Origin: Phoronis australis
Lineage: Eukaryota; Animalia; Phoronida
Length of the DNA stretch: 64,000 nt
Direction of reading: 5' to 3'
NCBI GenBank assembly: GCA_002633005.1
Contig: NMRA01000407.1
Location: forward strand, 124,001-188,000
Both the position numbers and the translations under genes were made by a program. The notes below the pieces were generated by a model. It saw only the letters and a program-made list of their open reading frames with translations, made no database searches and had not been told where the DNA came from. This document shows, piece by piece, positions 60,810 through 64,000 of the stretch (the first letter of the stretch is position 1; the number at the start of each line of letters is the position of its first letter).

Positions 60810-62929
60810 CTGCAAACAATAGTACAAGTTGGTGAATAATCAATTTCTGAGTTCGTTTGATGGATGTGCAATTAGAAACCGTGAATGTTCAGGGACGACT
60901 CGACTCAAAACATGGTGCGAGTAAACTTACAAATTTGTTCTCGAGATTGGTCACGTTTCGAGTCTTAATAACATGCGTTTTTGCTTTCTCTCAAAGTTTT
61001 CATGACAACAAGCATTGGCTACATTCATCAGCAACGAGTCAGTAGAGATGTGAAAACGTTCCTAAACGCTTCAAAACACACGAAAAATGACTTAAGCTCA
61101 TCAAATCGATCTCGTAATATTCGTTACCGTGTTACAATTCTACATTCATCGCCAACAAGAACATGAAATCATCAGCAACTCAAAAAAACCTTCAGAGTTT
61201 ATTGGGGTCCGCAAACCTAAAAATTACGCATATACATGTCGCTTGTGACTTATGTTGCCGACTGATTCACCAATAATTTGGGATCGAAAAAATGTGGTGA
61301 TGTTTTTAAACCCCCAAAGCGATTCCGTTTAGAAACCAGCAATAACAACAATAACGGCGGCGAAATCACCCTTTAACTGTTAACATTGTGCTTGAGGTAT
61401 AGGCCAGAGGCCTACATTATCTCTTTGGGAGTATACAATTTGTATTTACGTGCCTTTTCTGTAACTTTTAGCCGCTCTGCGACGAAAGTGCAGTCGATGC
61501 ACATGTACATCCATGCTGGAAAACCCTTAACAACTTTTTAACGAAGTCATGTGTGAACGTGACTATAAAGATTTGGGTGACAGTTATTGATCGATTGCAA
61601 GCTTCAAATGAGATATAGAACTGATGAGCAGCTATTAATAATGTCGCATGCGTAGTAAGGAGATCTAAAGAGTGAAGGTCGAGTCTTTTGTTTGTAAATT
61701 GCAAGAGTGTGTTCTTAGAAGAGTGTGAAATTATTGAAGCAAGGTTTCGGTTGCCTACACTTAGACATCGCAAAACGTGTGACACTAAGTCGCTGTAGTG
61801 GTGCAATATCACTTAAATAATTGAGCGCTGCTCCAACTTGTCAAAATGAAAAAGAACGATTAAACAGAAATGAAGCGATGCGAGCTCCATTCGAACCATA
61901 GCATAACCATGGAAAAGAAGAATTGTTAATTAAATATTATTTTGTGATAAAATTTTTATAAATAAAATCCAAGCAGCCATTCTGCAAAACGGAATGCCCC
62001 AAAGTAATTGCCACCTTATTACCAATACAACGCGCAGAATAGCTTTAAATTGGGAAATGCAGATTTTCATTTTGTTTTTACTGAAAATACAAATTGCGGC
62101 ATATCTTAAAGGTACAATTCAGCGTTAATCACTCATCCCTTGGCACTTACTAGCTATTTCCATAAAGAAGTGACATATTTGACCCCACAATCAGTTCCTT
62201 CTACTTTGTTCCCTCCACCTATTGCACCAGATGAGCACTGCCGCAAACCGTGGCTCTACACTCTGGACTGTATATTTGTCTTCGTATAGGCTAAAAATGT
62301 TATTTCACGACCACTTCACGATCTCCCATGAGCAAAGTACAAAGAATATACACGTAAGTGCAAGTTACTGAGATACTTTCTAGAAATTATTTTCAGACTG
62401 TGGTGCACTCATTTGACTAGTGATTTATTCAGTAATTGAGAGAAAATGGAAGGGTAAGACCCCTGGTCTGTGTTATTTTTTATAATTGATGGAGTTGTGA
62501 GATATTTTTGGTTGTCTATGTATTCAAAACAAAAAAGTCATCAGCTGACATGCTTCAGGATCCCTAGTTCTTTTCTACCCACATCGTCACCCGCTGCTGG
62601 TTTTGAGGCGCGTGATTGCAAAATGGGTCGGGTGCTTACCGAAACCAACTGTACGTTTGGTCTTGTACTGCTTATAAAATGCTGTGCGTTCATCTTTGAT
62701 TTAGGTACAAAAACCCCAAAGCGGCGACTCCTGGGAATAACTGTGGGAAATTTTAATCAGTGTCGTCCCTAGAGAAGTCTGAAACATTTCCAAGGAAATG
62801 TCAAGACCTAACTTTGAACTCCACTGATTGCATTCAGTGGTTATCGTCATCCGTCATTGGGTGCACGAAATTTACTTTGCCGGCTCCGCAGGACCAAGCG
62901 GATAAGACATTTGTCTGGTCTATAAGCAA

Positions 62930-63371
62930 GGAGGATCAGCAATTCAAAACCATTTGCCCAGACTTCAAAACAAGTCGGCTGGACTGCAAAGCCTAAGGGT
63001 CGGTGATCAAACGTGTTGTCCAGGCTTCAAAACGCGATGGCCTCCCCAAATGCTAGTTGGTTGGACCCAAAACACGATGGCCAGTGTTAGAACCAGTTGG
63101 CCGGTGATCAAACACGACGGCCGGACTTCCTCAGAGACTTACTTTGAAAGTCCTAAAGGATTGAAGTGGCATCTAGTCCGGCCAACCCGTTTTAGGTCTG
63201 GCAAACCTGTTTTTTGCCTGCGGCCATCTGGTTTTGAACAACCGGACATCGCGTTTTGGGGTCCAACCACCAAGTTAGAACACCAGACATTGAGTTTTTC
63301 AGTCCAGCCAGCTGGTTTCGAGGTCCGGGTAAATGGTTTTGAATCCTGACCAATTGTTAATTCCCCTTGAT
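62930..63371. repeat. Fold-back 21-bp-repeat element, inverted relative to 46389-46790
   Basis: Reverse complement of 63050-63180 matches ~46540-46670. Confidence 0.75.
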
Positions 63372-64000
63372 AAGCGTGTGTGTGTTAAAAAAAATCAAAA
63401 CTGTAAAATCTCGTAAAATCTTCTATAGTTTCATTTCCGAGCAGTTTAAAACCAATCAAAAATAGTGAAAAACAAGGACTTGGCAACTTTAAATGATTTT
63501 ATAAGCGCAAACGTCGATCACAACTATGTGTGACCTGAACTAATTGAACAAACCGCAGGTGAATCCGCCATGTTCTGAAAATAAACACATTTTCAAGGGT
63601 ACGTGTACTGTCACAAGTTGTTTAAATCGCGAACTCACAGGATTCCACTTATGAGCTACAGAATGTATGCAGCATCGTGCAGATGAACAATTGATTATCT
63701 ATAGACTGAATAATGACGTTAGACAAACAGTGTTTTATTCATTTTCTACAGCCGTTTTAAAATTTGAAAGCAAGCACCAAACAGAATAGAGGGTTTTAGA
63801 AGTTTCCAAAAGAAGTCAATAGATACAGAAATCTGACTGTACTTTAGTTCACACGAATCCTATTACGTGCTTAGAGGCTTGGACGAGGCTAGATTCGTGA
63901 ACTAGACTTTCAAATTTCACCCGATGTTTTTGGTCAGTTTTCGGCTTGAGTTTTTAGAAACGTTTAGGCTTACGCATAAAGGAGGTTTACCCAGTATGAT

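Noticed and set aside
61450-61860. LINE RT remnant (LDIAK-like)
   Set aside because: Single weak motif; too decayed to call.

Overview
AT-rich animal (probably invertebrate bilaterian) nuclear DNA with spliceosomal introns, so the six-frame ORF track is mostly noise. Two host genes lie tail to tail. (1) FRA10AC1 on +: 10 coding exons at 713-11698, first exon/ATG not located, with a clear U12-type (minor spliceosome) intron at 1896-2590. (2) The 3' part of a GAF-domain cyclic nucleotide phosphodiesterase (PDE5/6/11 group, closest by eye to invertebrate Pde6) on -: 15 exons at 60809 to 26115, intact catalytic motifs, C-terminal CaaX (CVLS). Introns and the intergenic gap hold many decayed transposons: two TTAA-flanked Kolobok-type elements with convergent THAP and P2X7-ballast-like remnants, two SAP-YqaJ nuclease pseudogenes (one ISL2EU-like, one in an odd cluster with C2H2 fingers and a C14orf93-like ORF), three HINE/DINE-1-like elements with arrays of CTCF-like motifs, LINE and SINE remnants, and many partly nested MITEs. 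Two tandem duplications abut single-N joins and are probably uncollapsed haplotypes. All calls come from manual reading and translation; no database search was run.
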